This document shows positions 10,253 to 20,361 of a DNA stretch of 64,000 nucleotides, piece by piece. This DNA comes from an uncultured Gammaproteobacteria bacterium (GTDB taxonomy: Bacteria; Patescibacteriota; Microgenomatia; JAMCZE01). A program made the translations under genes and the position numbers. The notes below the pieces were generated by a model. It saw only the letters and a program-made list of their open reading frames with translations. It was not told the DNA's origin and did no database searches. Each line of letters starts with the position of its first letter. Position 1 is the first letter of the stretch. Location of the stretch: contig CAZNUP010000001.1 of the NCBI GenBank assembly GCA_964576435.1, positions 226,345-290,344 of the forward strand. The letters are read 5' to 3'.

Positions 10253-10379
10253 AATTTCTCCTATTTTAGCATTAAAAAATCCCGCCGTTTGCGGGATTAA
10301 GAAATGGAAATTCCTTCCCGCATGGGACTATGGTCTTTCCGTCATCATAAAGACTTTATCTTTCATTAGGTTTATTATA
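10253..10379 (-). promoter_or_regulatory. metG 5' leader with mutually exclusive antiterminator/terminator (attenuator). TATAAT at the 5' end; terminator hairpin 10279-10297 plus U6.
   Basis: On the minus-strand RNA, GCGGGA occurs twice (plus 10316-10321 and 10280-10285), flanking a single UCCCGC (plus 10291-10296). The downstream pairing gives AUCCCGC-AAACG-GCGGGAU followed by UUUUUU; the upstream pairing excludes it. AGGAG SD and AUG follow 25 nt later. Confidence 0.5.
10274..10297 (-). terminator. Intrinsic-terminator hairpin (7-bp GC stem, 5-nt loop) plus U6, within the metG leader / downstream of the 10380..10811 gene
   Basis: Plus strand: aaaaaa-atcccgc-cgttt-gcgggat. Confidence 0.55.
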
Positions 10380-10811
10380 TCACCCCTTCCTTCTTCTACC
10401 AACTCTAAATGGCCATCCCTTGGGAAAAAGAATGTCTCTTCTAAGTTCGGCTCTTGGTTCAGTGGGGCCCCCATCCTTGATATCTTCCTTTGGTTTTCTG
10501 AAGTAAAAAATCAGTAGAACAAGGAAAGCAACCAAAAGAACAACATTAATAATAGTTAAGAGGTCGACAGCCTTAAGAAACATAACAAAACTAACTCCAA
10601 AAGCTACTATTAATGCCAACTTTGAACTCACAAAAAAAGATAACAAGGTTAAAGTAGCTAGCCACAATAATATGGCTGCAACAAGAATACTTGTTAGTGT
10701 GGGTGGAGTATACATAACTAAACCAAAAAGACCCATCATGCAAGCAAGAAAAACTGGAATCTTTATCCAGAAAATATATTTTTGCAATCGCCTATAGATT
10801 ATGGTAAACAT
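10380..10811 (-). CDS. Small polytopic membrane protein, unknown function (real start possibly the internal Met at ~10739)
   Basis: Four hydrophobic helices and a basic C-terminal tail. Confidence 0.4.
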   Translation of the reverse strand: MFTIIYRRLQKYIFWIKIPVFLACMMGLFGLVMYTPPTLTSILVAAILLWLATLTLLSFFVSSKLALIVAFGVSFVMFLKAVDLLTIINVVLLVAFLVLLIFYFRKPKEDIKDGGPTEPRAELRRDILFPKGWPFRVGRRRKG

Positions 10812-10822
10812 ACAGCACTAAT

Positions 10823-11728
10823 ATGGACCTGCTCATAATTCTAGCAGCAATCGTGGCTGCGACGGTAGCAATAATTTATTTTACTTCAAAAAAATCAGCT
10901 CCAGATCCCACTCTGGTGGAATGGCTTAAATCAACTGGGTTAAAAATGGATCGCCAAAACGAAGAGATAAATCGCAGACTTCAAGAATCTGCAAGATCGA
11001 TCGGTGAAATGAGCGAAATAGGTAAATCAATGAAGGATCTCCAAAGTTTTCTAGCCTCCCCAAAACTCCGTGGCGGCTTAGGCGAACAATTCCTAAAAGT
11101 TCTTCTTGAAGAAAGTCTTCCAAGAAATTCTTATGCACTGCAGTACGGATTCAAAAACGGCACTAAAGTTGACGCCATTATTAAAACTAGTTCAGGGATC
11201 ATTCCAATCGACTCTAAATTTACGATGGAAAACTTTAAAAAGATGCAGTCAGATAAGTCTTTTGAGAAATATTTTATTAGTGATGTCAAAGATAGGGTTG
11301 ATGAAATATCCAAAAAATATATTTTGACAGACGAGGGTACTGTGGACTTTGCCCTCATGTACGTTCCGTCAGAATCTGTCTACTACGAAATAGTCAATAA
11401 TGGTTCCGATCTTATGACCTACGCCTATAAAAGACGTGTTATGCCGGTTTCTCCAAGTACTTTCTACGCATTTTTAAGGTCAGTCCTCTTATCTTTTGAA
11501 GGACAACAAATTGCCGCTGAAATTAAAAACATCCAAGCTAATTTAAGAGCCATCCATCAAGAAACTAGCAAGTTTTCAGAATTGTTAGCAACTTTGCAGT
11601 CCCACATCAATAATAGCTATGCCATGATGGGTCGAGTCTCTAATCAATTTTCGAATCTCTCTTCAAAAGTCGACAACATCCAAGCTCTTAGCAAAAAGGA
11701 TGAATTGAAAGCAGAAATAGAAGGGTAA
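10823..11728 (+). CDS. rmuC: RmuC-family DNA recombination protein
   Basis: N-terminal TM plus coiled coil. Core resembles RmuC (VDAIIKTSSGIIPIDSKF; DFALMYVPSESVYYEI). Confidence 0.6.
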   Translation: MDLLIILAAIVAATVAIIYFTSKKSAPDPTLVEWLKSTGLKMDRQNEEINRRLQESARSIGEMSEIGKSMKDLQSFLASPKLRGGLGEQFLKVLLEESLPRNSYALQYGFKNGTKVDAIIKTSSGIIPIDSKFTMENFKKMQSDKSFEKYFISDVKDRVDEISKKYILTDEGTVDFALMYVPSESVYYEIVNNGSDLMTYAYKRRVMPVSPSTFYAFLRSVLLSFEGQQIAAEIKNIQANLRAIHQETSKFSELLATLQSHINNSYAMMGRVSNQFSNLSSKVDNIQALSKKDELKAEIEG

Positions 11729-11741
11729 TTACTTTAATTTA

Positions 11742-14576
11742 TTGTATACTCTCCCCATGTCAAAGGATAAAAACTCCCTATTAAATTCCGAGCAAAGATT
11801 AGCAGTTGAACATACCACTGGTCCACTTTTAATTGTTGCAGGGGCTGGAACTGGCAAGACGACAGTCATAACAGAAAGAATTAAGTGGCTTATTGGAACT
11901 AATCTCGCTAAACCAGAGGAAATATTAGCTTTAACTTTTACGGAAAAAGCAGCAAAGGAAATGGAAACCCGTGTTGATGAGGCTCTTCCGTATGGAACCT
12001 TCGGTTTATGGATTTCAACGTTTCATTCATTTTGCGACAGGGTACTTCGAAATGAAGCCTTAAATATTGGTTTAGATTCCTCGTTCAGACTTACAAGTGA
12101 TGCCGAAAGATTTATGTTTGTCAAAAAAAACTTTTGGAAGTTTGAGTTAAATCAATTTAGGCCTCGCGGAAATCCATTTAAGTTTATTGAGGGCATGCTT
12201 AGCCATTTTGATCGTTTAAAAGACGAAGACATTTCAATTTCAGACTACGAAGGATTCGCCAAAAAATGTGGAGAAGGAGAACTTGGAGATAAATATAGAG
12301 AGTTGGCAGCCGCCTTTAAAACATATGAGGAACTAAAAGAAAAAGAAGGGTTAATGGACTTTTCTGATTTAATAGCAAACACTTTAAGACTCTTCAGAGA
12401 CAGAAAGGTGATTTTAGAATCCTACCAGAAACAATTTAAATATATTCTTGTCGACGAATTTCAAGACACAAATTACGCCCAAAATGAAATGCTCAAGCTT
12501 TTGGCTGGCAAAACAAAAAATATTACAGTCGTAGCTGACGACGACCAATCAATTTATAGATTTAGAGGGGCAGCTGTTAGTAATGTCATTCAATTTAGAA
12601 AAACATTCGAAAATACTAAAGTAGTAACTCTTGTTAAAAACTATAGATCTAGCCAAGAAATTCTTGATAGGTCTTATGATTTGATAACAAAAAATAATCC
12701 TGACAGGTTAGAGATTCAAGAAAAGATTGACAAGAAATTAATAGCTTCAGGATCCAATAAGAAGTTCGCCGAGGAAAAAGTTGAAATGATCTATGTTGAC
12801 CGAGTTGAAGACGAAGCTGAAAAAGTTGTCTCAAAAATACTAGAACTTAAGAAAAAACATAAACTTGATTACAAAGACTTTGCAATTTTAGTGAGAGCAA
12901 ATAATCATAGCGAGCCGTTTATCAGGTCACTCGAGCGAACTAGAGTTCCATACCAGTTCTTAGGCCCAGGACAGCTATTTCGCCAACCAGAGGTCAAAGA
13001 TCTTATTGCCTACTTAAAGTTTCTTGCGGATTTTACAGACTCAACCTCTCTCTACCGGGTACTCTCAATGGATATTTTTGACATTTCTCAGCGCGAATTA
13101 ATTGAACTCTTAAATAAAGCAAAGCTCCAAAACGTTTCTCTTTTTGAACTTATGGAAACTTCCTCTAAAGATAACGTCAAAAGGTTAGTCGAGATGATTC
13201 ACAGGAATCAAGAGTTGGTAAAAAAAGAGACTGCCGGTCAAATTTTATTTTTCTTCTTAGAAGATTCCGGATTGATTACTGACTTGGTCAAAAACGAGAC
13301 GCAATCTGAAGAAAAAAAAGCTCAAAACATTTCTAAATTTTTTGACAAATTAAAAGCCTTTGAAACAGCAAATGAGGACGCTAGTGTCTTTGCTGTTGTT
13401 GACTACCTAGATTTGGCTATGGAAATGGGGGAAAGTCCTCTTGCTGCTGAAGTCGATTGGTCACAAAATGATGCCATCAATATTTTGACGATTCATTCTG
13501 CAAAAGGCTTAGAGTTTCCAGTAGTTTTTCTAGTTAATTTAATAGAAGGACGGTTTCCAAGTAGAGAAAGAAAAGAACAAATTCCAATCCCCGATGAACT
13601 TATAAAAGAAATACTCCCAGTTGGGGATTTCCATACTCAAGAAGAGCGGCGCCTATTTTATGTTGGTATGACCCGTGCTAAAGAGCACTTGATTTTCTCA
13701 GCAGCTAACTTTTATGGGGAGGGAAAAAGAGAACGTAAACTTTCACCTTTTGTTATTGAAGCAGTGGGGGAGCAAGAATTTAAAAAAGACATAAGCGCTA
13801 AAAACCAACTTCCACTTTTTGAATGGAAAAAAGAACCAGAGTTAAAATCTGAACCAAAAGAGGCATTTAAAGTCGAGCACCTGTCTTATTCCGCAATTGA
13901 AACCTTCAAAACCTGTCCCTTGCACTACAAATTAAAATATATTGGTAACCTACCAACAGTCCAAACAGCTTCCCAGTCACTTGGAAACTCTATCCATCTT
14001 GCTTTAAGAGATTTTTATGAGAATAAAGATTCAGACATACTGGGTAGTTTAAAAAGAAATTGGATTAAAGAAGGTTATGCTTCAACGGCTCATGAAGAAG
14101 AGTCATTAAAAAAAGCAAAGGTTTTTCTAACAGACTATTTAAAATCTGATTTACATAAAAATGGTAAGCCAATTATTCTTGAACAGTCATTTGTCATTAA
14201 ACTTGATAGCTTAAAAGTGCTTGGAAAAATTGACCGAATTGATGATCTCGGAAATGGAGAGATTGAAATCATTGATTACAAAACTGGAGCAAATATACCA
14301 ACGCAAAGGGAAATAGATTTAGATCTACAAATGGGAATTTATGCTTTAGCAGCAACAGATAAAGGAATTCTAAATCGGAAAATCGACAAAGTTAAAATGA
14401 GTTTTTATTTTTTTGATACAGGATCCAAAATAACTACCACAAGAAAAATAGAAGATTTAGAAAAAATCAAAACTCGAATATTAGAGGTACGGGATGAAAT
14501 AGAAAAATCAGACTTCGAATGTTCTAAAGGAGTATTTTGTCAAAACTGCGAGTATAAAATTCTATGTAGTTGTTAA
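11742..14576 (+). CDS. UvrD-family helicase fused to a C-terminal PD-(D/E)XK (RecB/Cas4-like) nuclease domain with a 4-Cys Fe-S cluster (AddA/AddB-like single chain)
   Basis: Helicase motifs: AGAGTGKTTVITERI, DEFQDTNYAQ, and HSAKGLEFPVVFLVN...YVGMTRAKEHL. C-terminal region: FKTCPLHY...IDYKTG...CSKGVFCQNCEYKILCSC. Confidence 0.75.
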   Translation: MYTLPMSKDKNSLLNSEQRLAVEHTTGPLLIVAGAGTGKTTVITERIKWLIGTNLAKPEEILALTFTEKAAKEMETRVDEALPYGTFGLWISTFHSFCDRVLRNEALNIGLDSSFRLTSDAERFMFVKKNFWKFELNQFRPRGNPFKFIEGMLSHFDRLKDEDISISDYEGFAKKCGEGELGDKYRELAAAFKTYEELKEKEGLMDFSDLIANTLRLFRDRKVILESYQKQFKYILVDEFQDTNYAQNEMLKLLAGKTKNITVVADDDQSIYRFRGAAVSNVIQFRKTFENTKVVTLVKNYRSSQEILDRSYDLITKNNPDRLEIQEKIDKKLIASGSNKKFAEEKVEMIYVDRVEDEAEKVVSKILELKKKHKLDYKDFAILVRANNHSEPFIRSLERTRVPYQFLGPGQLFRQPEVKDLIAYLKFLADFTDSTSLYRVLSMDIFDISQRELIELLNKAKLQNVSLFELMETSSKDNVKRLVEMIHRNQELVKKETAGQILFFFLEDSGLITDLVKNETQSEEKKAQNISKFFDKLKAFETANEDASVFAVVDYLDLAMEMGESPLAAEVDWSQNDAINILTIHSAKGLEFPVVFLVNLIEGRFPSRERKEQIPIPDELIKEILPVGDFHTQEERRLFYVGMTRAKEHLIFSAANFYGEGKRERKLSPFVIEAVGEQEFKKDISAKNQLPLFEWKKEPELKSEPKEAFKVEHLSYSAIETFKTCPLHYKLKYIGNLPTVQTASQSLGNSIHLALRDFYENKDSDILGSLKRNWIKEGYASTAHEEESLKKAKVFLTDYLKSDLHKNGKPIILEQSFVIKLDSLKVLGKIDRIDDLGNGEIEIIDYKTGANIPTQREIDLDLQMGIYALAATDKGILNRKIDKVKMSFYFFDTGSKITTTRKIEDLEKIKTRILEVRDEIEKSDFECSKGVFCQNCEYKILCSC

Positions 14577-15158
14577 CTATAAAACCTTTCTTGGGATAAT
14601 AAATATATAGAGAGCACTCACGATACATAAAGCTGCCATCATAATAAATAATGCATTAAAACCAAATGCAGTAGCAATAACTGCCCCTAAAGCCGCTCCT
14701 ATTGCTTGGCAAAAATAGTTTACGCTTTCCCAAGCTCCCCATTCTCTTCCCTCTGATTTACTTTTAAGGTGTTTGCTATAAACAGAGTCAAAAGCCGGTT
14801 CGTAAATAGCAATTCCTATTCCAATTATGATTTGCACAACTGCTAAAAACCAGACGTTACTTACAAAATTATATAAAATAAATCCTGCGCCAATAATCAG
14901 ATACCCAACTGCAATAATAAGTTCATCGTCTTTGACCTGGTCACTTATTTTCCCTGTAAAGATTACAACAATACCTGCAGTTATTGCCAATGTGCTGACT
15001 GCCAAACCTACTTCAAGGATATCTCCTCCAATTTCCTCCACAAAAATAGCCCAGATCGGAGCAAGCATTGCTATTGAAATCAAAACAGCACTATTTGTTA
15101 ATATGAGGATAATTAGAGGTTTGTTTAAGGAAAATAAATTATCAAAAAACTTCTTCAC
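14577..15158 (-). CDS. 6-TM membrane protein (possible half-size MFS-like transporter), unknown function
   Basis: 193 aa, six hydrophobic helices. Confidence 0.35.
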   Translation of the reverse strand: MKKFFDNLFSLNKPLIILILTNSAVLISIAMLAPIWAIFVEEIGGDILEVGLAVSTLAITAGIVVIFTGKISDQVKDDELIIAVGYLIIGAGFILYNFVSNVWFLAVVQIIIGIGIAIYEPAFDSVYSKHLKSKSEGREWGAWESVNYFCQAIGAALGAVIATAFGFNALFIMMAALCIVSALYIFIIPRKVL

Positions 15159-15907
15159 TACAACATTGTAGCAATTTCTGGGCCGTTTTTGGTTATGATT
15201 ACCGTATGTTCAAATAGTCCAGAAACTGACATGTCTTTTGTAACAATCGTCCACCCGTCGTCGTTAAGATAAACTACCTGTGAACTGCCTTCGTTATAGA
15301 TTGCTTCTATAGCAAAGACCATTCCCTCTTTAATTACTGGTGTGTTTTCAATTTCGCCTCTAAGGTAGCAAGGAATTTCTGGGTCCTCATGGAGTTTGTA
15401 TCCAACTCCATGTCCCACTAGCTGTTTAACTGGGAAATATCCTCCACCCCTTATATTTTCCTCCATTACTTTGGATATATCTCCAACATGTTTTCCAGGA
15501 ACACACTCCTTAATTGAATTTTTAACAGCCATTTCACCTGCTTTTAAAAACTTGTCTAGTTTATTAGTTCCAACCTCAACACTCCATGATGCGTCTGAAT
15601 GGAACCCCTTGTAGACCGTTCCAAGATCCACTCCCAACCTATCTCCTTTTTGTAATTTATAATCTGTGGGAATTCCATGAACGACCATATCGTTAACATT
15701 CATGCAGGTTGTCCATTTGTACCCAGGTTCCATCATAAATGATGGTTCACCACCCATTTCTCTAATAATTTTTTCAGCTAGTTTATCAAGATAGTTGGTG
15801 CTAACTCCAACCTTAACTTCGGCTAAAACTTGCTTCAAAGCCTCCGCGGTAATCTTTCCAGATTTCCTAATTAAACTAATTTCTTCTTGCGAATATATGT
15901 TGATCAT
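15158..15907 (-). CDS. map: Methionine aminopeptidase type I
   Basis: Pita-bread fold signature residues: HGIPTDYKLQKGD, DLGTVYKGFHSD, VGHGVG. Confidence 0.9.
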   Translation of the reverse strand: MINIYSQEEISLIRKSGKITAEALKQVLAEVKVGVSTNYLDKLAEKIIREMGGEPSFMMEPGYKWTTCMNVNDMVVHGIPTDYKLQKGDRLGVDLGTVYKGFHSDASWSVEVGTNKLDKFLKAGEMAVKNSIKECVPGKHVGDISKVMEENIRGGGYFPVKQLVGHGVGYKLHEDPEIPCYLRGEIENTPVIKEGMVFAIEAIYNEGSSQVVYLNDDGWTIVTKDMSVSGLFEHTVIITKNGPEIATML

Positions 15908-16416
15908 AAGTTTATTTGTGCCGCTACTTCTTCTGGCGATCTTGACCCATCAATTTCTAAAAGCTTTCCTTGCTTTCTGTAGAATTCAAGAATTGGTTGT
16001 GTCCTTTCGTGAAATAATTTCAGTCTCTGGGTAATTGTTTCAATTTTGTCATCCGCTCTGCCTCTAGCAAGGAGCCTCTTAATTGCCTCATTATCCGAAA
16101 GACTGATGTAGACAACTTTATCTATTGGGAAAAGCTCTCTCTGGGCTTGTGTCAGAGTCCTCGGAAACCCATCTAAAACAAAGCCTCCTTGAATTTTGGC
16201 TAAATTCTTATCAACAACTTCAAAAGTAGTTTCGTCGTCAACAAGCCCGCCCTTTTCTAAAATATCTTTAATCTTAAATCCAAGTTCTGAGTTTTCTTCA
16301 GCAATTTTTCTATAAACATTGCCTGTCTCAATATGGGGAAGATTCAGTTTCTGTGCTAGAAGCTCAGCTTGGGTAGTTTTTCCCGAGCCTTGTGGGCCCA
16401 TGATGACTATGTTCAT
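15904..16416 (-). CDS. adk: Adenylate kinase (short, 170 aa)
   Basis: P-loop [16 protein letters not shown]; NMP-binding [10 protein letters not shown]. Confidence 0.9.
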   Translation of the reverse strand: MNIVIMGPQGSGKTTQAELLAQKLNLPHIETGNVYRKIAEENSELGFKIKDILEKGGLVDDETTFEVVDKNLAKIQGGFVLDGFPRTLTQAQRELFPIDKVVYISLSDNEAIKRLLARGRADDKIETITQRLKLFHERTQPILEFYRKQGKLLEIDGSRSPEEVAAQINL

Positions 16417-17699
16417 TTTGAATATTGATCGTAGCTTCTTGTGACAATCATTGTTTCAAACTGTCTTGCTGTTTCCAAAACTACTGATACCACAATGAGC
16501 ATCCCAGTCCCTCCAACTGTAAGGGTTGCCACGTTTGAAATTCCTTGGGCCAAAGAAGGTAAGATTGCAATAATGCCAAGGAAAACTGCCCCTGCTAAAG
16601 TTATTCTTGTAATTATGTAATTTAAATACGACGCTGTTGACGGCCCTGGTCTAATTCCTGGAATGAATCCACCATGTTTCTGTATCTCTTCGGAAATTTT
16701 CTTTGGGTTAAAAATTACGGCTGTATAAAAATATGTGAATCCGATGACAAGAACAAAGTACACCGCATTATAGAAAATGCCATTTGGACTAAACAACTTA
16801 GTCAAAAATTCCCCAATTCTAGAAAGTGCTGGATTTGGTACTTGCGTCAAATATCCTCCAATAAGCGAGGGAAGTAAAACCAGTGAGACTGCAAAAATGA
16901 TGGGAATAACTCCCGCCTGGTTAATTCTTAGGGGTAAGAAAGTTGATTGTCCTCCATACATTTTGTTCCCTCGAACTCTTCTTGCGTAAACAATTGGTAC
17001 CTGCCTTACAGCTTGATTAACAAGCACGATTCCAGCAATAACTGCAAGTCCTACTGCGGCAAATGCCAAAATGTTCAATATCTGATCGCTACTAGCTACT
17101 GTGAATGTTTGTCCAATAAGGATTGGCATTCTCCCAACGATACCAGCAAAGATTAACATTGAAATTCCATTACCAATACCCTTTTCTGTAACAAGCTCTC
17201 CGAGCCACATCAAAAGGACTGTGCCGGCTGTGAGAGTCAATATGAAAGACACTAAAGTTATTGGATCAAGTGCAATGATAATTCCTTGATTCTTAAGAAG
17301 GGCATAGGTTCCAAGTGCTTGGACAGCTGCAAGTGGGATTGTGAGCATTCTGGAATACTGGTTTATCTTCATTCTTCCTTGTTCGCCTTCTTTTGAGAGC
17401 TCCTCAAGTTTAGGGAAGACCATCTGTAAAAGCTGTAAGATGATAGTCGCATTGATATATGGGTTAAGCCCAAGAGCCATTACTGAGAAGTTGGCTAGTG
17501 TACCTCCTGAAAATATATCCAAAAGCCCTAGGAATTCATTGCTGGCAAAAAGGCTTTTGAGTTGTGGCACGTCGACTCCAGGAACTGGAATGTGGGCAAA
17601 GAACCTAAAAACCAAAAAAATCATTGCTGTAAAGAGAATTCTTTGGCGAAGTTCCGGTGTTTGCCAAGCTTTTACAAATGGATCAAAAAATTTGTTCAT
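16413..17699 (-). CDS. secY: Preprotein translocase subunit SecY
   Basis: 10-TM SecY architecture and its conserved position after adk. Confidence 0.9.
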   Translation of the reverse strand: MNKFFDPFVKAWQTPELRQRILFTAMIFLVFRFFAHIPVPGVDVPQLKSLFASNEFLGLLDIFSGGTLANFSVMALGLNPYINATIILQLLQMVFPKLEELSKEGEQGRMKINQYSRMLTIPLAAVQALGTYALLKNQGIIIALDPITLVSFILTLTAGTVLLMWLGELVTEKGIGNGISMLIFAGIVGRMPILIGQTFTVASSDQILNILAFAAVGLAVIAGIVLVNQAVRQVPIVYARRVRGNKMYGGQSTFLPLRINQAGVIPIIFAVSLVLLPSLIGGYLTQVPNPALSRIGEFLTKLFSPNGIFYNAVYFVLVIGFTYFYTAVIFNPKKISEEIQKHGGFIPGIRPGPSTASYLNYIITRITLAGAVFLGIIAILPSLAQGISNVATLTVGGTGMLIVVSVVLETARQFETMIVTRSYDQYSK

Positions 17700-17750
17700 T
17701 AGGTGTTTATCTTATCACACCCTGCCCCTTGCTGCTAGAATGTAGTCGAT

Positions 17751-18137
17751 ATGGACCATGTAGCGATCATGAAAAAATCATTGGGTTTTTTGCCAAAAAT
17801 AATCTCAGGAGAAAAGACTATTGAGTCTCGTTTTTATAACTCAAGGCGAGCTCCTTGGGGAAAAATTAAAGCAGGGGACAGAGTATTCTTTAAAAACTCA
17901 GGGGAACCTGTGACTGTCTTAGCTTCAGTTTCCAAAGTTCTATTCAACGCGCCCAACTTAGAAGACTACAAGAAAGAGATTTGTTTAGATCCTTTGCCAA
18001 ACAAAAACTTTTCAATATTAATATTTTTAACAAAAGTCCATAAGACTAAACCGTTTGAAGTAAACAAAAAGGGCTTTGGAACAATGTCTGCCTGGTTAAT
18101 TGTGGATGATATTGATAAAATTAAGACCAATGCTTGA
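17751..18137 (+). CDS. ASCH-domain protein
   Basis: GEKTIESR matches the ASCH GxKxxExR signature. 128 aa. Confidence 0.55.
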   Translation: MDHVAIMKKSLGFLPKIISGEKTIESRFYNSRRAPWGKIKAGDRVFFKNSGEPVTVLASVSKVLFNAPNLEDYKKEICLDPLPNKNFSILIFLTKVHKTKPFEVNKKGFGTMSAWLIVDDIDKIKTNA

Positions 18138-18498
18138 AGAATTCAAAAAATTTGCTGTTCGTGGAAATGCTATAGATTTAGCTGTCGGTGTAGTCATTGG
18201 TGCCGCCTTTACAGCAATCACTAATTCACTGGTAAACGACATAATAATGCCAGCCTTTTCCATGATTTTCGGAGAAGTGGACTTCTCTTCACTAAAATTT
18301 GGACCAATTGCTTATGGGAACTTCTTAAATGCAGTAGTGCAGTTCCTAATAATTTCTTTTGCACTTTTCATTTTTATTAAACAAATTAACATAATGAGAG
18401 GCGAGACTAAAAAAGCAGAAAACAAACTTTGTAAATATTGTAAATCAAGTATTCCAGAAGATGCTACCAGGTGTCCGAATTGTACTTCTAAACTTTAA
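18130..18498 (+). CDS. mscL: Large-conductance mechanosensitive channel MscL with C-terminal CxxC...CxxC zinc-ribbon tail
   Basis: MLEEFKKFAVRGNAIDLAVGVVIGAAF is the canonical MscL N-terminus. Tail CKYCKSSIPEDATRCPNCTSKL. Confidence 0.8.
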   Translation: MLEEFKKFAVRGNAIDLAVGVVIGAAFTAITNSLVNDIIMPAFSMIFGEVDFSSLKFGPIAYGNFLNAVVQFLIISFALFIFIKQINIMRGETKKAENKLCKYCKSSIPEDATRCPNCTSKL

Positions 18499-18929
18499 AC
18501 TATTTTTCCACCAGCTTTTTCAATTTTCTTCTTTGCACTTTCCGAAGTAGGCACTTTAATATTTAAAGCTACTTTCAAATCTCCATCTCCAAGTATTTTA
18601 ACTTTATTCACTCTTTTTCCAATAATTCCAGCTTCCCTCAAAGATTCCAATGTGACCTCACTATTTGCTTTAAGTCCATTCAAATATTTAAGGTTAACTA
18701 CTGTGTAATCTTCTTTGAATGATTTGTTCTTTCCTTTTCCACGAGCTAGTGGCAACCTCTTAAGCCATGATGCCTGGAGAGATGAACCCGCAAAGGTTAA
18801 AGGAATATTTTCTCGAGCCTTTTGTCCCTTAGTTCCTCGACCAGAGGTTTTAACTCGGCCCGAACCATGGCCTCGGCCAATTCGGCGATACTTTTTATCT
18901 GTAATTTTTGGCAAACTATTTAGATTCAT
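18495..18929 (-). CDS. rplO: Ribosomal protein L15
   Basis: MNLNSLPKITDKKYRRIGRGHGSGRVKTSGRGTKGQKAR. Start chosen at the internal Met; the ORF-track start at 19031 overlaps rpsE. Confidence 0.85.
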   Translation of the reverse strand: MNLNSLPKITDKKYRRIGRGHGSGRVKTSGRGTKGQKARENIPLTFAGSSLQASWLKRLPLARGKGKNKSFKEDYTVVNLKYLNGLKANSEVTLESLREAGIIGKRVNKVKILGDGDLKVALNIKVPTSESAKKKIEKAGGKIV

Positions 18930-19485
18930 TTTTCTTTTTACCTTTCTTTGGTTTTTCTTGAGTATTTTCTGTGACGTCTTCTTTCTTCTCAACTTTTTCT
19001 GTTGGTTGGGTAGAGGACACTGGTTGTACAACTGGTCTAAGTTGTCTCAGTGCTTCTAAAGTTGCATAGACATTGTTTGCTTGGTTATTTGTGCCAAGTA
19101 CTTTACTTGAAATGTCTCTAATTCCCGCTGCATCAACAACTGCCCTAACAGCCCCGCCTGCAATAACCCCGGATCCTGGAGGCGCTGGTTTTAACATGAC
19201 CTTAGCTGCTCCAACTTTCATAAAGACTTCATGTGGGATTGTCGTTCCTCTCATGGGAACTGTCAAAAGATGCTTTTTTGCATAGGTAACGCCTTTTCTG
19301 ACAGCGCTTTGAACATCAGGTGCTTGTCCAAGTCCGACCCCAACTCTGCCCTTTTTGTCTCCCACAACAACTACAACTGAAAATCCAATCTTATTACCCC
19401 CAGATGTCTTTTTAGACACTCGGTGTACTTGAACAATTTTTTCTTCAAATTCTTTTGGTTCTTGTGGTATGTTTGGTCTTGCCAT
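18916..19485 (-). CDS. rpsE: Ribosomal protein S5 with Lys-rich C-terminal tail
   Basis: dsRBD/S5 motifs: KIGFSVVVVVGDKKGRVGVG. rplO follows directly, with no rpmD in between. Confidence 0.9.
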   Translation of the reverse strand: MARPNIPQEPKEFEEKIVQVHRVSKKTSGGNKIGFSVVVVVGDKKGRVGVGLGQAPDVQSAVRKGVTYAKKHLLTVPMRGTTIPHEVFMKVGAAKVMLKPAPPGSGVIAGGAVRAVVDAAGIRDISSKVLGTNNQANNVYATLEALRQLRPVVQPVSSTQPTEKVEKKEDVTENTQEKPKKGKKKNESK

Positions 19486-19494
19486 ATTTTTTAA

Positions 19495-19791
19495 CTAAAA
19501 TTTAAGGCCTGCTTCGCGTGCTGCGTCAGCAAACTTTTTAACATTACCATGATATTGGTATCCAGCTCTGTCAAAAACAACGTCTTTGACTTTTGCTTTT
19601 TCAGCGAGTTTTGTTCCAGCTTCACTTGGGTCAGTCATTTTGTTAACTGATGCAAGAGTTGTTCCTTGAACATCGTCAATAAGTTGTGCATAGAAAAATC
19701 TATTAGATTTAAACACAACAAGTCTTGGCCTTTCTGCTGTACCTCTAATCTTCTTTTTAATTACTGCTCGTCTTTGTGTTCGTTTGTTCAT
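19495..19791 (-). CDS. rplR: Ribosomal protein L18
   Basis: [33 protein letters not shown]. Confidence 0.9.
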   Translation of the reverse strand: MNKRTQRRAVIKKKIRGTAERPRLVVFKSNRFFYAQLIDDVQGTTLASVNKMTDPSEAGTKLAEKAKVKDVVFDRAGYQYHGNVKKFADAAREAGLKF

Positions 19792-19796
19792 ATGTT

Positions 19797-20357
19797 TTAT
19801 TTAGCTCCAGCGGCTCCGGCAGCTTTTGCTGCTTTTCCAGCTTTCTTGCGAACCACTTCGCCAACATATCTAATTCCTTTTCCTTTGTATGGTTCTGGTG
19901 GTCTTACTCTTCTAATTTGTGCTGCAGTTTCTCCGACCGCCTGTTTATCAATTCCTTTTACATTTATTTTTGTATTTTCAGAAACTTCAAATGTTATGCC
20001 ATTTGGTGCTGGATATTTAACTGGATGAGAAAACCCTACATTAAGAACTAATGTTGTCCCAGAGACTTCCGCTCTATAACCAACTCCAACTAATTCAAGT
20101 CCCTTGTTCCATCCTTGTGAGACACCCATTACAGTGTTTTCCACAAGTGTCCTTGTAAGACCATGTAACGATTTTGCTTTTGCGGTTTCTGAAACTCTCT
20201 CAATTAAAAGGTTTTTGTCTTCAACTGTAACTTTAACTTCTGGTCTAATTTCCAAATTCAAACTACCTTTTGGCCCAGTCGCAGATAGAACATTTCCGTC
20301 CATTTTTACTGTGACGCCTTCGGGAATTTTAACTGGTTTTTTTCCTATTCTAGACAT
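19797..20357 (-). CDS. rplF: Ribosomal protein L6 (Ala/Lys-rich C-terminal tail)
   Basis: [17 protein letters not shown]. The alternative upstream start at 20375 would overlap rpsH. Confidence 0.85.
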   Translation of the reverse strand: MSRIGKKPVKIPEGVTVKMDGNVLSATGPKGSLNLEIRPEVKVTVEDKNLLIERVSETAKAKSLHGLTRTLVENTVMGVSQGWNKGLELVGVGYRAEVSGTTLVLNVGFSHPVKYPAPNGITFEVSENTKINVKGIDKQAVGETAAQIRRVRPPEPYKGKGIRYVGEVVRKKAGKAAKAAGAAGAK

Positions 20358-20361
20358 ATGT

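Noticed and set aside
10253-10379. T-box upstream of metG
   Set aside because: No GGUGGNACC box or 7-nt bulge antiterminator is present, and the leader is too short. It is called a generic attenuator instead.
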